A stretch of DNA of 64,000 bases from an uncultured Thermodesulfobacteriota bacterium (lineage in GTDB: Bacteria > Desulfobacterota > GWC2-55-46 > JADFVP01). The notes beneath the pieces were generated by a model. It saw nothing but the letters and a program-made list of their open reading frames with translations. It had not been told where the DNA came from and ran no database searches. A program made the translations under genes and the position numbers. The stretch covers positions 1,863-65,862 of the forward strand of contig CAZSAY010000003.1 in assembly GCA_964605225.1 (NCBI GenBank), in the 5' to 3' direction. Positions 15,937 to 24,669 of this stretch are shown here, piece after piece (position 1 is the first letter of the stretch; each line of letters opens with the position of its first letter).

Positions 15937-16331
15937 TAAGGCACGCAGGAGGGGGTGTGGGGTACAAGTGCCATTCTCATTAGGTTATCTATTTCAGAGT
16001 CCCCCTCCATTGCTCTTTTTTACCAGAAAAAGGCCGCTACAACCGCGGGACCCGCTTTTTTCAAGCCCTGCTATTTTTTAAACCCCGCCTTTTTTGCCTT
16101 TCCCCGGCAGGCCCCCGTCTTTTTTCTTTGAGATAAACCTTTGCCCTAAACTTTCATCGTTGCCCGCCGATAGTAAATAACATAGACACTCTTAGAAACG
16201 CGCGCAGGGCGGTCTCAGGGTACAGATCATAGCGCGCTCACCTGGGATAGTCGCGGTAGCACGGCATGTAAACCGGATTTTTCACCCATGACGGCCTCGT
16301 AAGGGCGTCCTTTATCTTAAGGGGTTTTAAT

Positions 16332-16931
16332 ATGAGCAGAGTCAGACTTCTTGAGCGTGATTATCAACTCAAGTTCTGGTTGAGGTTCTGCGGCCTTACC
16401 ATAGGCGGCTTTACGGCCTTCGCCCTTTTTCTGTATCTCACCACCGGCCGTGACCTTGGCCGATCCTACGGCGAGGCCATGTACACTATTTACGCCCTGA
16501 GAATAAATATCTCTTCCCTTATTCTGGCCTCTGTTTATTCCATCGTCATCATGGTCCTCACGGCGGTTTTCATTTCCCTGGTCTCCATATTTTTTACTCA
16601 CCGCATGGCAGGACCCATCTTCAGGTTTACTCAGGACCTTGAGCCTCTTGCCTCAGGGGATATCAGAGGTGAGACGAGGTTCAGGAGACTGGATCAGTAC
16701 GCTCTGCTGGCGATGGAGAAAAATAATATGACAGAGAGGCTGAGGTCTCTTGTAGTGGCGTCAAGGGATGATTTTTCGGCCGTGAGGGGGGCTTGTAAGA
16801 GGCTCGTTGAGATGGCCTCAGGTGGTGAGGGTTCCGAAGGCGAGGAGCAGATGAGAGAGGCCCTTAAGGACCTTGGTCTGCTCGTGGAGCAGATGATGGC
16901 CAGGGCCCAAAAGATAAAGACAGGCATATAA
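16332..16931 (+). CDS. 2-TM membrane protein with a cytoplasmic HAMP-like domain and coiled-coil tail; no output domain
   Basis: Two hydrophobic helices flank a ~25-aa loop. A HAMP-like segment follows (HRMAGPIFRFTQDLEPLASGDIRGETRFRRLDQYALLAMEKNNMTERL), then ~60 aa of helical, charged tail. Confidence 0.6.
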   Translation: MSRVRLLERDYQLKFWLRFCGLTIGGFTAFALFLYLTTGRDLGRSYGEAMYTIYALRINISSLILASVYSIVIMVLTAVFISLVSIFFTHRMAGPIFRFTQDLEPLASGDIRGETRFRRLDQYALLAMEKNNMTERLRSLVVASRDDFSAVRGACKRLVEMASGGEGSEGEEQMREALKDLGLLVEQMMARAQKIKTGI

Positions 16932-16935
16932 TATC

Positions 16936-17784
16936 GTGGCGCACAAGACCCCTGCCCTTCGGGGCGGCGGAGGTTATAGACAGGTGATAAAGGTTCTGTT
17001 CCTACTCTTATTGGCGGCGGCTATCCCAGTTTTTTCAGACTCCCAGGCATCTCCGGAGCCAGGGTATCACGATTTTAGCGGCCTATGCCTTGATTGCCAT
17101 ATAAAAATGCCCATGCCCGGAGAAAAAAGGCCCACCCTTAAAAAAGACGTGACCGTATTATGCGATAAGTGCCATAAACAGGAGGACGGCCTCTCACACC
17201 CCGTTGACATAAGGCCAGCCATGGACGTGCCCGATAATCTGCCCCTTGACTGGAGGGGCATGGTTACCTGCGTTACCTGCCACAGCGTTCATAAGCCTGG
17301 TTTCGGCCCTTCTCACATGAGGACAAGGGCCCGGGGGCAGGGCTTTTGCGTGCTCTGCCATAGTGGTCCTGACGAGAAGATGCACAGCGTCTTTGGTGTG
17401 GGCGCGCATATGGGCGGGGTGGTAAAGGCGGCCTATGCTCCCGGCAATATCGGAGTGGTGCGCCTTGATGAGATGAGTATAAAGTGCATGAGCTGTCATG
17501 ACGCGATATTAGGCTCTGAGTCTACTGTTACAAACGTGGATATCTACAGGAGCCAGCATAGCAACACAACGGGGCTGACCCATCCCGTGGGGGTCTCTTA
17601 TGCCGAGGCAAAGAGAAAATACAGGGGCGCTTACAGGGACATGGCTAAACTGCCCCCGCAGATAAAGTTCTACGGCGGCAGGGTCGGTTGCGGAACCTGC
17701 CACAGCCCTTACGCGAGGGGACATTCGCAGCTGGTAATGGACAATTACGGGAGTAATCTCTGCCTTGCCTGTCATATTAAATAG
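16936..17784 (+). CDS. Periplasmic heptahaem c-type cytochrome
   Basis: Seven CXXCH motifs are present (CLDCH, CDKCH, CVTCH, CVLCH, CMSCH, CGTCH, CLACH). There is an N-terminal signal-like hydrophobic segment. The start is GTG. Confidence 0.85.
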   Translation: MAHKTPALRGGGGYRQVIKVLFLLLLAAAIPVFSDSQASPEPGYHDFSGLCLDCHIKMPMPGEKRPTLKKDVTVLCDKCHKQEDGLSHPVDIRPAMDVPDNLPLDWRGMVTCVTCHSVHKPGFGPSHMRTRARGQGFCVLCHSGPDEKMHSVFGVGAHMGGVVKAAYAPGNIGVVRLDEMSIKCMSCHDAILGSESTVTNVDIYRSQHSNTTGLTHPVGVSYAEAKRKYRGAYRDMAKLPPQIKFYGGRVGCGTCHSPYARGHSQLVMDNYGSNLCLACHIK

Positions 17785-17838
17785 GCAGGCCCGTAGTTGA
17801 AAGCAGTTTAATGTTATGCTATGATAGGGAGGTCTCAA

Positions 17839-18447
17839 ATGGGCAGATACCCCTGGTTCAGGAGAAGGCGGTTTTTTATCCGCAAAGGCCCGCAGGGCCG
17901 TTTCGTTGTGGGGATGGCCGTTGTCGTAACTCTGGGGCTGTTAATCAACATTATTGCCGCTTATTTTCTCATTGATAACAGGCTTGCCGCGAGGCTTTAT
18001 AAAATTCACTTGCAGGCGAGCTCTACCTTGGATATAATCTGGCCTGTTATATGGAAGTTGACCCTTGGGAGCGCTTTTTTTGTAGTCCTCGCCGGGGTTG
18101 CCCTGGGGTATTACCTCACAAGGCGTCTTGATATCGTGCTCGTATCTTATCTTGATGTCATGAAAAGGGCGGGCCAGGATAAGGACCTCACCGTGAGGGT
18201 CAGGACCTCGTCTCATGACCTTTCTGACGCGGGTAGCGCCTTTAACAGGGCTATAATGTTTTTTGATGAGAGGCTCGGAAAGGCAAAGGTCGCTGCTACA
18301 GAGATAGAGACTTCCATGAAGGAGATAAACCGCCTCATGGGAGCCCAAGAGGAGCCGTTAAGAAGAGAAGAACTCATAGCAGAACTGAATCATATGATGT
18401 CACGAAGCAATGAAGCGTTAAACGATATCTCAATTTTCAGGGTATGA
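17839..18447 (+). CDS. Second 2-TM HAMP-only membrane protein (architectural paralogue of 16332..16931)
   Basis: It has the same layout: an R-rich N-terminus, TM1, a ~30-aa loop, TM2, then a HAMP-like segment (TRRLDIVLVSYLDVMKRAGQDKDLTVRV...LSDAGSAFNRAIMFFDERL) and a coiled-coil tail. I prefer the ATG at 17839 with GGGAGG 7 nt upstream. The track start is 17821. Confidence 0.6.
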   Translation: MGRYPWFRRRRFFIRKGPQGRFVVGMAVVVTLGLLINIIAAYFLIDNRLAARLYKIHLQASSTLDIIWPVIWKLTLGSAFFVVLAGVALGYYLTRRLDIVLVSYLDVMKRAGQDKDLTVRVRTSSHDLSDAGSAFNRAIMFFDERLGKAKVAATEIETSMKEINRLMGAQEEPLRREELIAELNHMMSRSNEALNDISIFRV

Positions 18448-18453
18448 TATTAT

Positions 18454-19605
18454 ATGAGACAAACTTCGCGAAGAAGCTACGCTACGGTATTTATTAAATT
18501 TTTCATAGCCATCGTCTTTTTTTCCCTTCCCGCCCTTATGCTTCCGGTAAAGGCCTATGCGGATTGGCCTATGTTCATGAAGGACAGGGCACATTCCTCA
18601 TTTGCCGCCGCGGCTCCGAGGCCTCCTCTTAAGGTCCTCTGGAAATTCTCCACAGACGGCCCTGTTTATTCATCACCTGTTGTCTCTGGCGGCAAGGTCT
18701 TTGTGGGCTCTTATGACAACAGGCTTTATGCCCTTAAAGAGGATTCCGGAGTTAAGCTCTGGAGTTTTGCCACTGGCGGTGAAATCCTATCAACTCCGGC
18801 TGTCAAGGACGGTCATGTCTATTTTGGCTCAAAGGACGGCAAATTCTACTGCATTGACGCCAGGGACGGAAAACTCATCTGGAGTTTCACTACAGAGGGG
18901 TCCATACTTAACTCTCCCGTAGTGGGCGACGGTAAGGTCTTTTTCGGTTCATCGGACATGTTCTTCTACGCCCTTGATGCTGGCACGGGTAAGAAGATCT
19001 GGCGGACGAAGCTCCTCGCTTACGATAGATACAGCGGCATATACTCATCTCCCATGTACTACAAGGGCGCCGTAGTCTTTGCCGGCAAAAACGGATTGGT
19101 CTACTCACAGGAAGGCAAGAGCGGCGCCAGAAACTGGGGGTATAACTCCAATTCCGCCATATACTCAAGCCCCGTTGCGAAGGACGGCACAGTATACATG
19201 GCTCTCGGCAAACGAAAATTAATTGGTTTTAACGCAAAAACCGGCGACATTACCTTCAGAAAAAACACCGGTAAGTCCCTCATATATTCCTCACCCGTTG
19301 TGGCGGGAGGTAAGATTTATCAGGCCTTTAAAGACGGCCATATAAGGGCTTTCGGGATGCGGCGCGGCAAAGTTCTCGCCGATTACAAGCTCCCCGCTCC
19401 TGTTAACTCAACGCCTGTTGTTACCTCTAATGGTTTTATATATGTGGGGTGCGATGACGGCCGTCTCTATGCCATTGACATTATCCTTGGCGAGGTGAGC
19501 TGGAGTTATGCCACGGGCGGCGCGGTACATAGCTCACCGGCCGTATCAGGCGGCAGGCTCTTTGTCGGTTCAAAGGACGGCTCGGTCTATGCCTTCGGGC
19601 AATAG
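18454..19605 (+). CDS. Secreted PQQ-like (BamB-type) beta-propeller repeat protein
   Basis: A signal peptide is present (…VKAYA/DW). Blades of the form SSPVVxxGKVFVGSxDxxLYALDxxTGKxxW are repeated about 8 times. Confidence 0.8.
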   Translation: MRQTSRRSYATVFIKFFIAIVFFSLPALMLPVKAYADWPMFMKDRAHSSFAAAAPRPPLKVLWKFSTDGPVYSSPVVSGGKVFVGSYDNRLYALKEDSGVKLWSFATGGEILSTPAVKDGHVYFGSKDGKFYCIDARDGKLIWSFTTEGSILNSPVVGDGKVFFGSSDMFFYALDAGTGKKIWRTKLLAYDRYSGIYSSPMYYKGAVVFAGKNGLVYSQEGKSGARNWGYNSNSAIYSSPVAKDGTVYMALGKRKLIGFNAKTGDITFRKNTGKSLIYSSPVVAGGKIYQAFKDGHIRAFGMRRGKVLADYKLPAPVNSTPVVTSNGFIYVGCDDGRLYAIDIILGEVSWSYATGGAVHSSPAVSGGRLFVGSKDGSVYAFGQ

Positions 19606-19694
19606 CCTCTAATGGCTTTTTAATCTTTAGTTATGTAAAAGATAAACTTCAGGCAAGGGCGTAAGGGCCGTGCCTGTATAAGGGTCAATTTATC

Positions 19695-20291
19695 ATGCGT
19701 ATTGCGTATACCGTATTTTCAAGAAGCATTGCCATCCTCTGCCTCCTCATCTTCGCCTGCTCTGGTCCTGCCATCGCGGCGAAAAAAAAGGTGGTTAGAA
19801 AGCTCTCTTATGACAAGGCCTCTGCCAGAAAGTCCCTTATAGATCCACACGAACAGATAAATGACGAAGGCGAGATACTCTGGTCAAAGTGTCTTATCTG
19901 TCACAGGAAGATGCCTGATATGGAAAATCTGAAATCGCCTTTGAACTGGGAGCTTCGTTTCAGCGGCGATATTGATAAAAACTGTTATATCTGCCACGTT
20001 GTAAAAAAACACCCCGGCTCCCAGGGTATAGGTGTTGCTATGAGCGGCTTCAAGGCGCCCAGTCATCTCAGGGAGCTCTCAAGAAAATTATACCTTAACA
20101 TGAGGCTTGAGAAAAAGGATGTACCTGTCCTTCTTCCCCTTGATCCCGCCACAGACAAGATATTCTGCGGGACATGTCATAGCCCCCATGAGAGGGGCTT
20201 GCTTTACGGCAGAGCAGACTGGGGCGCGGGACAGGAGACGCGCCTGAGGACAGAGGGGCTGGATATCTGTCAGTACTGTCATAGAAAATAG
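19695..20291 (+). CDS. Tetrahaem c-type cytochrome with signal peptide
   Basis: Four CXXCH motifs are present (CLICH, CYICH, CGTCH, CQYCH), with an N-terminal hydrophobic leader. Confidence 0.8.
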   Translation: MRIAYTVFSRSIAILCLLIFACSGPAIAAKKKVVRKLSYDKASARKSLIDPHEQINDEGEILWSKCLICHRKMPDMENLKSPLNWELRFSGDIDKNCYICHVVKKHPGSQGIGVAMSGFKAPSHLRELSRKLYLNMRLEKKDVPVLLPLDPATDKIFCGTCHSPHERGLLYGRADWGAGQETRLRTEGLDICQYCHRK

Positions 20292-20309
20292 GTGGCATCT
20301 GGTAAAATT

Positions 20310-21449
20310 ATGAAAGAGAATCCTTCTTTGAACGGTTGTTTTAGCTCCTCAAGTGGGCAGTGGACCGGAGCCCCGGGACGCGCTTTGGCGCTCTTCTTGC
20401 CATGTCTTCTGGTCGTTGCCCTTTTCTTCGTCGCCGTCGGCTGCGGAAGCCCTGATATATCCTCACAACAGTCAAAAGACTTCAAACACAAACCCCTCAT
20501 CTGGCCGGAACCTCCCGCGGCGGCGCGTATAGCCTTTGATATTTCAATAGCAAGGCCCGAGGACGCAGGCATCAAGAAGGGGCTCTTTAAAAAAATTGTC
20601 GATGTCGTTATGGGCGAGGACAAGCGCTCCATGGTGAAGCCCTACGGTATCGCCGTGGATAACAATGGCAGGGTTATTGTGGCTGATACGGCCTTTAAGA
20701 GGCTTCATATATATGACAGGAAGAAAAAGAAGTATTTTCATATAGACAGGGCAGGCAAAACCCCTCTGGTCTCGCCCATAGGGGTGGCCACGGACAACGC
20801 GGATAACATATATGTAAGCGATTCCGTGGCGCGAAAGGTCTACGTCTTTAACTCAAAGGGGCATTTGCTACGCTCTATTGACGGCGGCGTGCGGCCCACG
20901 GGTATAGCCGTTGACGCCCCGCGAAAGCGTCTTTATGTGGTGGACACGGGCGCACATGAGGTGAGTATATTAACCCTGCAGGGTAAACTCATAGGGAGTT
21001 TTGGAGGCCTCGGCTCGGGAGAGGGTCAATTTAATTATCCCATGGATATCTTTGTTGACGACAGGGGCGATATATATGTGACGGATTCCATGAACTACAG
21101 AATTCAGATTTTTGACATGAATGGCCGTTATCAGACGAGTTTCGGCGAGCACGGTGACGGCACAGGCGACTTTGGCCGGCCAAAGGGCATAGGGGTTGAC
21201 TCTGAGGGGAATATCTACGTGGCCGACGCCGTATTTGATACGGTTCAGGTATTTTCAAGGAAGGGCGCCTTTCTTCTTAACTTTGGAAAACTTGGCTCAG
21301 GGGCAGGAATGTTCTGGATGCCCGGCGGACTCTTCATAGATGGCGCCGACAATATCTACGTGGCAGACCCGTATAACAGGAGGATAGAGGTCTTCGAGTA
21401 TCTTGGCGGCGGTGGTGATGAGGGAGGGGTGTTCCGTCGGCGCGGTTAG
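20310..21449 (+). CDS. NHL-repeat beta-propeller lipoprotein
   Basis: A lipobox-like FFVAVGC is present. There are six NHL-type repeats (e.g. PIGVATDNADNIYVSDSVARKVYVFNSKG; YPMDIFVDDRGDIYVTDSMNYRIQIFDMNGR). The start is ATG 20310 or GTG 20292. Confidence 0.8.
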   Translation: MKENPSLNGCFSSSSGQWTGAPGRALALFLPCLLVVALFFVAVGCGSPDISSQQSKDFKHKPLIWPEPPAAARIAFDISIARPEDAGIKKGLFKKIVDVVMGEDKRSMVKPYGIAVDNNGRVIVADTAFKRLHIYDRKKKKYFHIDRAGKTPLVSPIGVATDNADNIYVSDSVARKVYVFNSKGHLLRSIDGGVRPTGIAVDAPRKRLYVVDTGAHEVSILTLQGKLIGSFGGLGSGEGQFNYPMDIFVDDRGDIYVTDSMNYRIQIFDMNGRYQTSFGEHGDGTGDFGRPKGIGVDSEGNIYVADAVFDTVQVFSRKGAFLLNFGKLGSGAGMFWMPGGLFIDGADNIYVADPYNRRIEVFEYLGGGGDEGGVFRRRG

Positions 21450-21503
21450 CCAGGGGGGAGGGTTAAACATGGGCCTGCTCTCACAAGGATATGAATTTAA
21501 AAA

Positions 21504-21670
21504 AAGGGGCCTGATTTAAAGGGGGGGGTAAAAAAGGTTTTAATTTTTTACAAGGGGCCTGGTTTTGAAAAGTGTCTGGTTTTGAAGGGGCCTGGTTTTT
21601 ACAAGGGGCCTGGTTTTGAAAAGTGCCTGGTTTTGAAGGGGCCTGCTTGTTAAGGGGTGTGGTTTTAAAG
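21504..21670. repeat. Tandem array: ~9 units of ~17 bp (core GGGGCCTGGTTTTGAA), including two adjacent 51-bp higher-order copies
   Basis: 21550-21600 and 21601-21651 match at 48 of 51 positions. Each comprises three ~17-bp subunits. Degenerate units flank them at 21504-21520 and 21653-21670. The array lies in the ~410-bp gap between the NHL gene and the 11-haem cytochrome gene. Confidence 0.85.
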
Positions 21671-21860
21671 GGGCATAGCGATATAAGCAGGTGCCCGAAG
21701 TCTTGAGCTTTGCCAGTTATGAGAGGCCGCTACGGAGTGCCTCAACACGGGCAGGCGGCAGGCAGAACTTTTATTTTCATAATTTCCGCAGGGGGTTTAC
21801 CCGTTGCCTGCGTTTTTTCATCTCTCATCAAAGTAGGTCTTTAGCCGCTGGAGGGTTGTC

Positions 21861-24077
21861 TTGAGATACGAAGAGTTTATCAAACGTGGAGCGCCTTATG
21901 GACAAAGGTCTTACGGACGTCCCGTGAAGGCACGCTCGTTCTTTCGCGCTTTTGCCCGGGGCATTGGTCTGCTTACTCTCGTGCTCATGTTTCTTGCCAT
22001 GGGGCCCGCCCCCGCCTCTGCCACAGTGGCCGCCACAAAACATAACTTCAGCGTCTTTTCATCGGCCGCTGTGAAGACCGTAACCACCACTAGGATATGC
22101 GTCTTTTGCCATGCCCCCCATAACACAAACCCGTCAGGCCCCATGTGGAACAGAGCGGATTCAGGGGCCACCTATAATATCTACCAGAGCGATACCGTCG
22201 TGGCTACCATGGGTCAGCCCACTGGTTCCTCAAAGCTCTGTCTCTCCTGTCACGATGGCACTATAGCCATAGGCTCACTTCTGAACCTGAGCGGAGGCCC
22301 TGCCAACCTGCCCGTTACAGGCCCGGGTGTTACTTCCGGCAAAATGACCACCGCCTCCACCGCTTTTGTAGGGACGGATTTAAGGGATGACCATCCCATT
22401 TCCTTTGACTACGCTCTCTCGAGCCCGGCAAATGTGGAGATAAAGGCGGCCGCGTCCCTTCCGGCGGAGGTGAAGCTTGAGAAGTCCAATAAGAAGAGCA
22501 TGGTTCAATGCACCTCTTGCCATGATCCTCACGGGACCATATACCCGTCCTTTATGGTAGAGCCCCTTGAGAACGGCGTGCTCTGCGAGGCCTGCCATGA
22601 CAAGAGGTACTGGAACACCAATCCCTCGGTACACAGAGACTCTCTGGCCCTGTGGAATACCCTTGGCCAGAATCCCTACCACCTTGATATGGGCGCATCG
22701 GGCTTTGGCGATGACACGCCAAAGATGCATAGCTGTCTCTCCTGTCACCGCAGTCATGGCGGCATGGCCGGGAAAAGTCTCTTGAAGGGCACAAATCCCA
22801 CAAGCGGACTCATAGAGGATGGGGAGTGGACCTGTCTTAACTGTCATAACGGCAATGTGGCGGCCAAAAATATAGATGGCCTTTTATCCAGGATATCCAT
22901 ACACGACGTCAAGGGTGTCAGCGGCGCCCATATACCCTCGAGGGCCTTTTCCGGAGATCCGGTACGCGAAACCGCTCTCAACCTCGGCACCAACAGGCAC
23001 GCCGAATGTGTGGATTGCCACAATCCCCATGCGACCAAGGCCGGTAACCATCCCATAGGCGGGATCAACGGTAATATCATAGGTTCCAACCTATTAGGCT
23101 CTTGGGGCGTCAGGCCCGTATTATGGCCTTTCTCCGGACCCGTTATCAGCTATCAGGAAGTTGATTTCCTCTCAACTACGCCCGGGGGCTATAACCTTGA
23201 GGGCTACCTCTGCATTAAGTGCCATTCCTATTACGCCTACGGGGTCATACCGCCTGACGTGCCTTCCGGAAACGCCGATGGCAGCATTGTAAAAGAATCA
23301 GACCCCACAGTTGATTTCAATATCAATAATGAGGGCTTTCATCCCGTTTTCGCGGCAGGCAGGAACAGGCCCCTGCCCACGGCCAACCCCAACTGGCCGG
23401 CCAACGGACTTGGCCTTACCAATACATTTACTTATTTCGATTTTTCCGGCATAGGGCCGAGGACAGGTTTTTTCAATGTTAAACACGATTCCACCATAAC
23501 CTGCACGGACTGTCACGGTCCGGATTCAGCCTCTGACCCGCAGGGTCCTCATGGCTCCAATAATAAGTGGATCCTCAGAAATAATCAGAGGACCGTGGGG
23601 TCTATTCAAAACTTCTGCTACAACTGTCACAGGCGCGATGTCTACGGAGACGAGGGCTATGTGGGGCCAAACGCGAACTTTTCCAGGGTGCCGCACCCCG
23701 TTGACGGCCTTGGCCTTGCCTCGCCTTTTTACACGACAGGCGTAGGTACAGGCAATGACAGCAACCGTTTCGGCAATCTCTGCCTTACCTGTCATGGCGG
23801 CGCCTATGACACGGCAAATAACATGATGAAGGGTATACACGGAAGTAACGCCCCTGCCGGAACGGTGGTGGGATCGAGTCCCCTTGGATTCAGGCTTATG
23901 AACGGGGCCTGTATAGAGTCTTATGTGCCGGCCACGACGCTTACAAGTGCAAAGCTCTACTTCAGAACCGTCAGCTCGGCTCTCGATAAGGTATGCAAGA
24001 ATAATTTTGTCAATATTCTTACCACCGGCGTGAAGGCTACATATAATTGCAATACAGTCACCGATTGTTCAAATTAA
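21861..24077 (+). CDS. Large undecahaem c-type cytochrome (doubled-CXXCH-type motifs)
   Basis: Eleven CXXCH motifs are present (CVFCH, CLSCH, CTSCH, CEACH, CLSCH, CLNCH, CVDCH, CIKCH, CTDCH, CYNCH, CLTCH). The signal peptide reads RSFFRAFARGIGLLTLVLMFLAMGPAPASA. The start is TTG 21861 (GGAGGG upstream) or GTG 21924. Confidence 0.85.
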   Translation: MRYEEFIKRGAPYGQRSYGRPVKARSFFRAFARGIGLLTLVLMFLAMGPAPASATVAATKHNFSVFSSAAVKTVTTTRICVFCHAPHNTNPSGPMWNRADSGATYNIYQSDTVVATMGQPTGSSKLCLSCHDGTIAIGSLLNLSGGPANLPVTGPGVTSGKMTTASTAFVGTDLRDDHPISFDYALSSPANVEIKAAASLPAEVKLEKSNKKSMVQCTSCHDPHGTIYPSFMVEPLENGVLCEACHDKRYWNTNPSVHRDSLALWNTLGQNPYHLDMGASGFGDDTPKMHSCLSCHRSHGGMAGKSLLKGTNPTSGLIEDGEWTCLNCHNGNVAAKNIDGLLSRISIHDVKGVSGAHIPSRAFSGDPVRETALNLGTNRHAECVDCHNPHATKAGNHPIGGINGNIIGSNLLGSWGVRPVLWPFSGPVISYQEVDFLSTTPGGYNLEGYLCIKCHSYYAYGVIPPDVPSGNADGSIVKESDPTVDFNINNEGFHPVFAAGRNRPLPTANPNWPANGLGLTNTFTYFDFSGIGPRTGFFNVKHDSTITCTDCHGPDSASDPQGPHGSNNKWILRNNQRTVGSIQNFCYNCHRRDVYGDEGYVGPNANFSRVPHPVDGLGLASPFYTTGVGTGNDSNRFGNLCLTCHGGAYDTANNMMKGIHGSNAPAGTVVGSSPLGFRLMNGACIESYVPATTLTSAKLYFRTVSSALDKVCKNNFVNILTTGVKATYNCNTVTDCSN

Positions 24078-24222
24078 AGAGAGGCTATGTGTGAGGGGTT
24101 TTCTTAATCAGACAAGGCCTGTTCCATTAAACTCAAGAGGGCTCGCTATCTACAGGCGCATGAAGGGTATCCTTAAATTATTTGAAGAGCCACATCCTGC
24201 TTCACGTCGCGGGGATGTCATT

Positions 24223-24639
24223 ATGCATGGAAGAAAAGGCCTTTATTTTATTGCGCTAACAGTTGTTCTTGTCCTTATGTTCGGCCTCCAGCTAAGTCAC
24301 TCTACCGTGGCAGGGGCCGCCTCCACAGGTAACAACCCTCATGATTTTTCCAATAAAGAGGAGTGTTCCTCCTGTCACGGGAGCTCAATGCCGTCCTTGA
24401 GTTTCGACTCCGTTACAGTCTGCACGCGTTGTCATGAGGGGTTTCTTGGCAACCATCCCGTGGCAAAACACCCCATAGGCAAGATACCGGAGATAAACAT
24501 AACCAAACTTATGCCCCTTAGCTCTGATGGAAAGATGGTATGCTATACCTGTCATGATAATCATAACAGTTCAAGTTATCCTAAGATGTTGAGGACAGAT
24601 TACATGCGGTTATGCTCATCGTGCCACAGAGGGTATTAA
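24223..24639 (+). CDS. Tetrahaem c-type cytochrome
   Basis: Four CXXCH motifs are present (CSSCH, CTRCH, CYTCH, CSSCH). A hydrophobic leader follows the Met at 24223. The track ORF begins at GTG 24091, so the start is uncertain. Confidence 0.75.
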   Translation: MHGRKGLYFIALTVVLVLMFGLQLSHSTVAGAASTGNNPHDFSNKEECSSCHGSSMPSLSFDSVTVCTRCHEGFLGNHPVAKHPIGKIPEINITKLMPLSSDGKMVCYTCHDNHNSSSYPKMLRTDYMRLCSSCHRGY

Positions 24640-24669
24640 AAAATCGTCTCTACGGGAGGTCTTTTTAGA

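Noticed and set aside
21504-21670. Possible CRISPR array
   Set aside because: The units are only ~17 bp and directly abut each other without unique spacers. No cas genes are nearby. It is a plain tandem repeat.
24091-24222. Upstream extension of the tetrahaem cytochrome (track start GTG 24091)
   Set aside because: The extension (MRGFLNQTRPVPLNSRGLAIYRRMKG...) would place ~44 residues before the hydrophobic leader. A start at ATG 24223 (or 24160) gives a normal signal peptide, but this remains uncertain.
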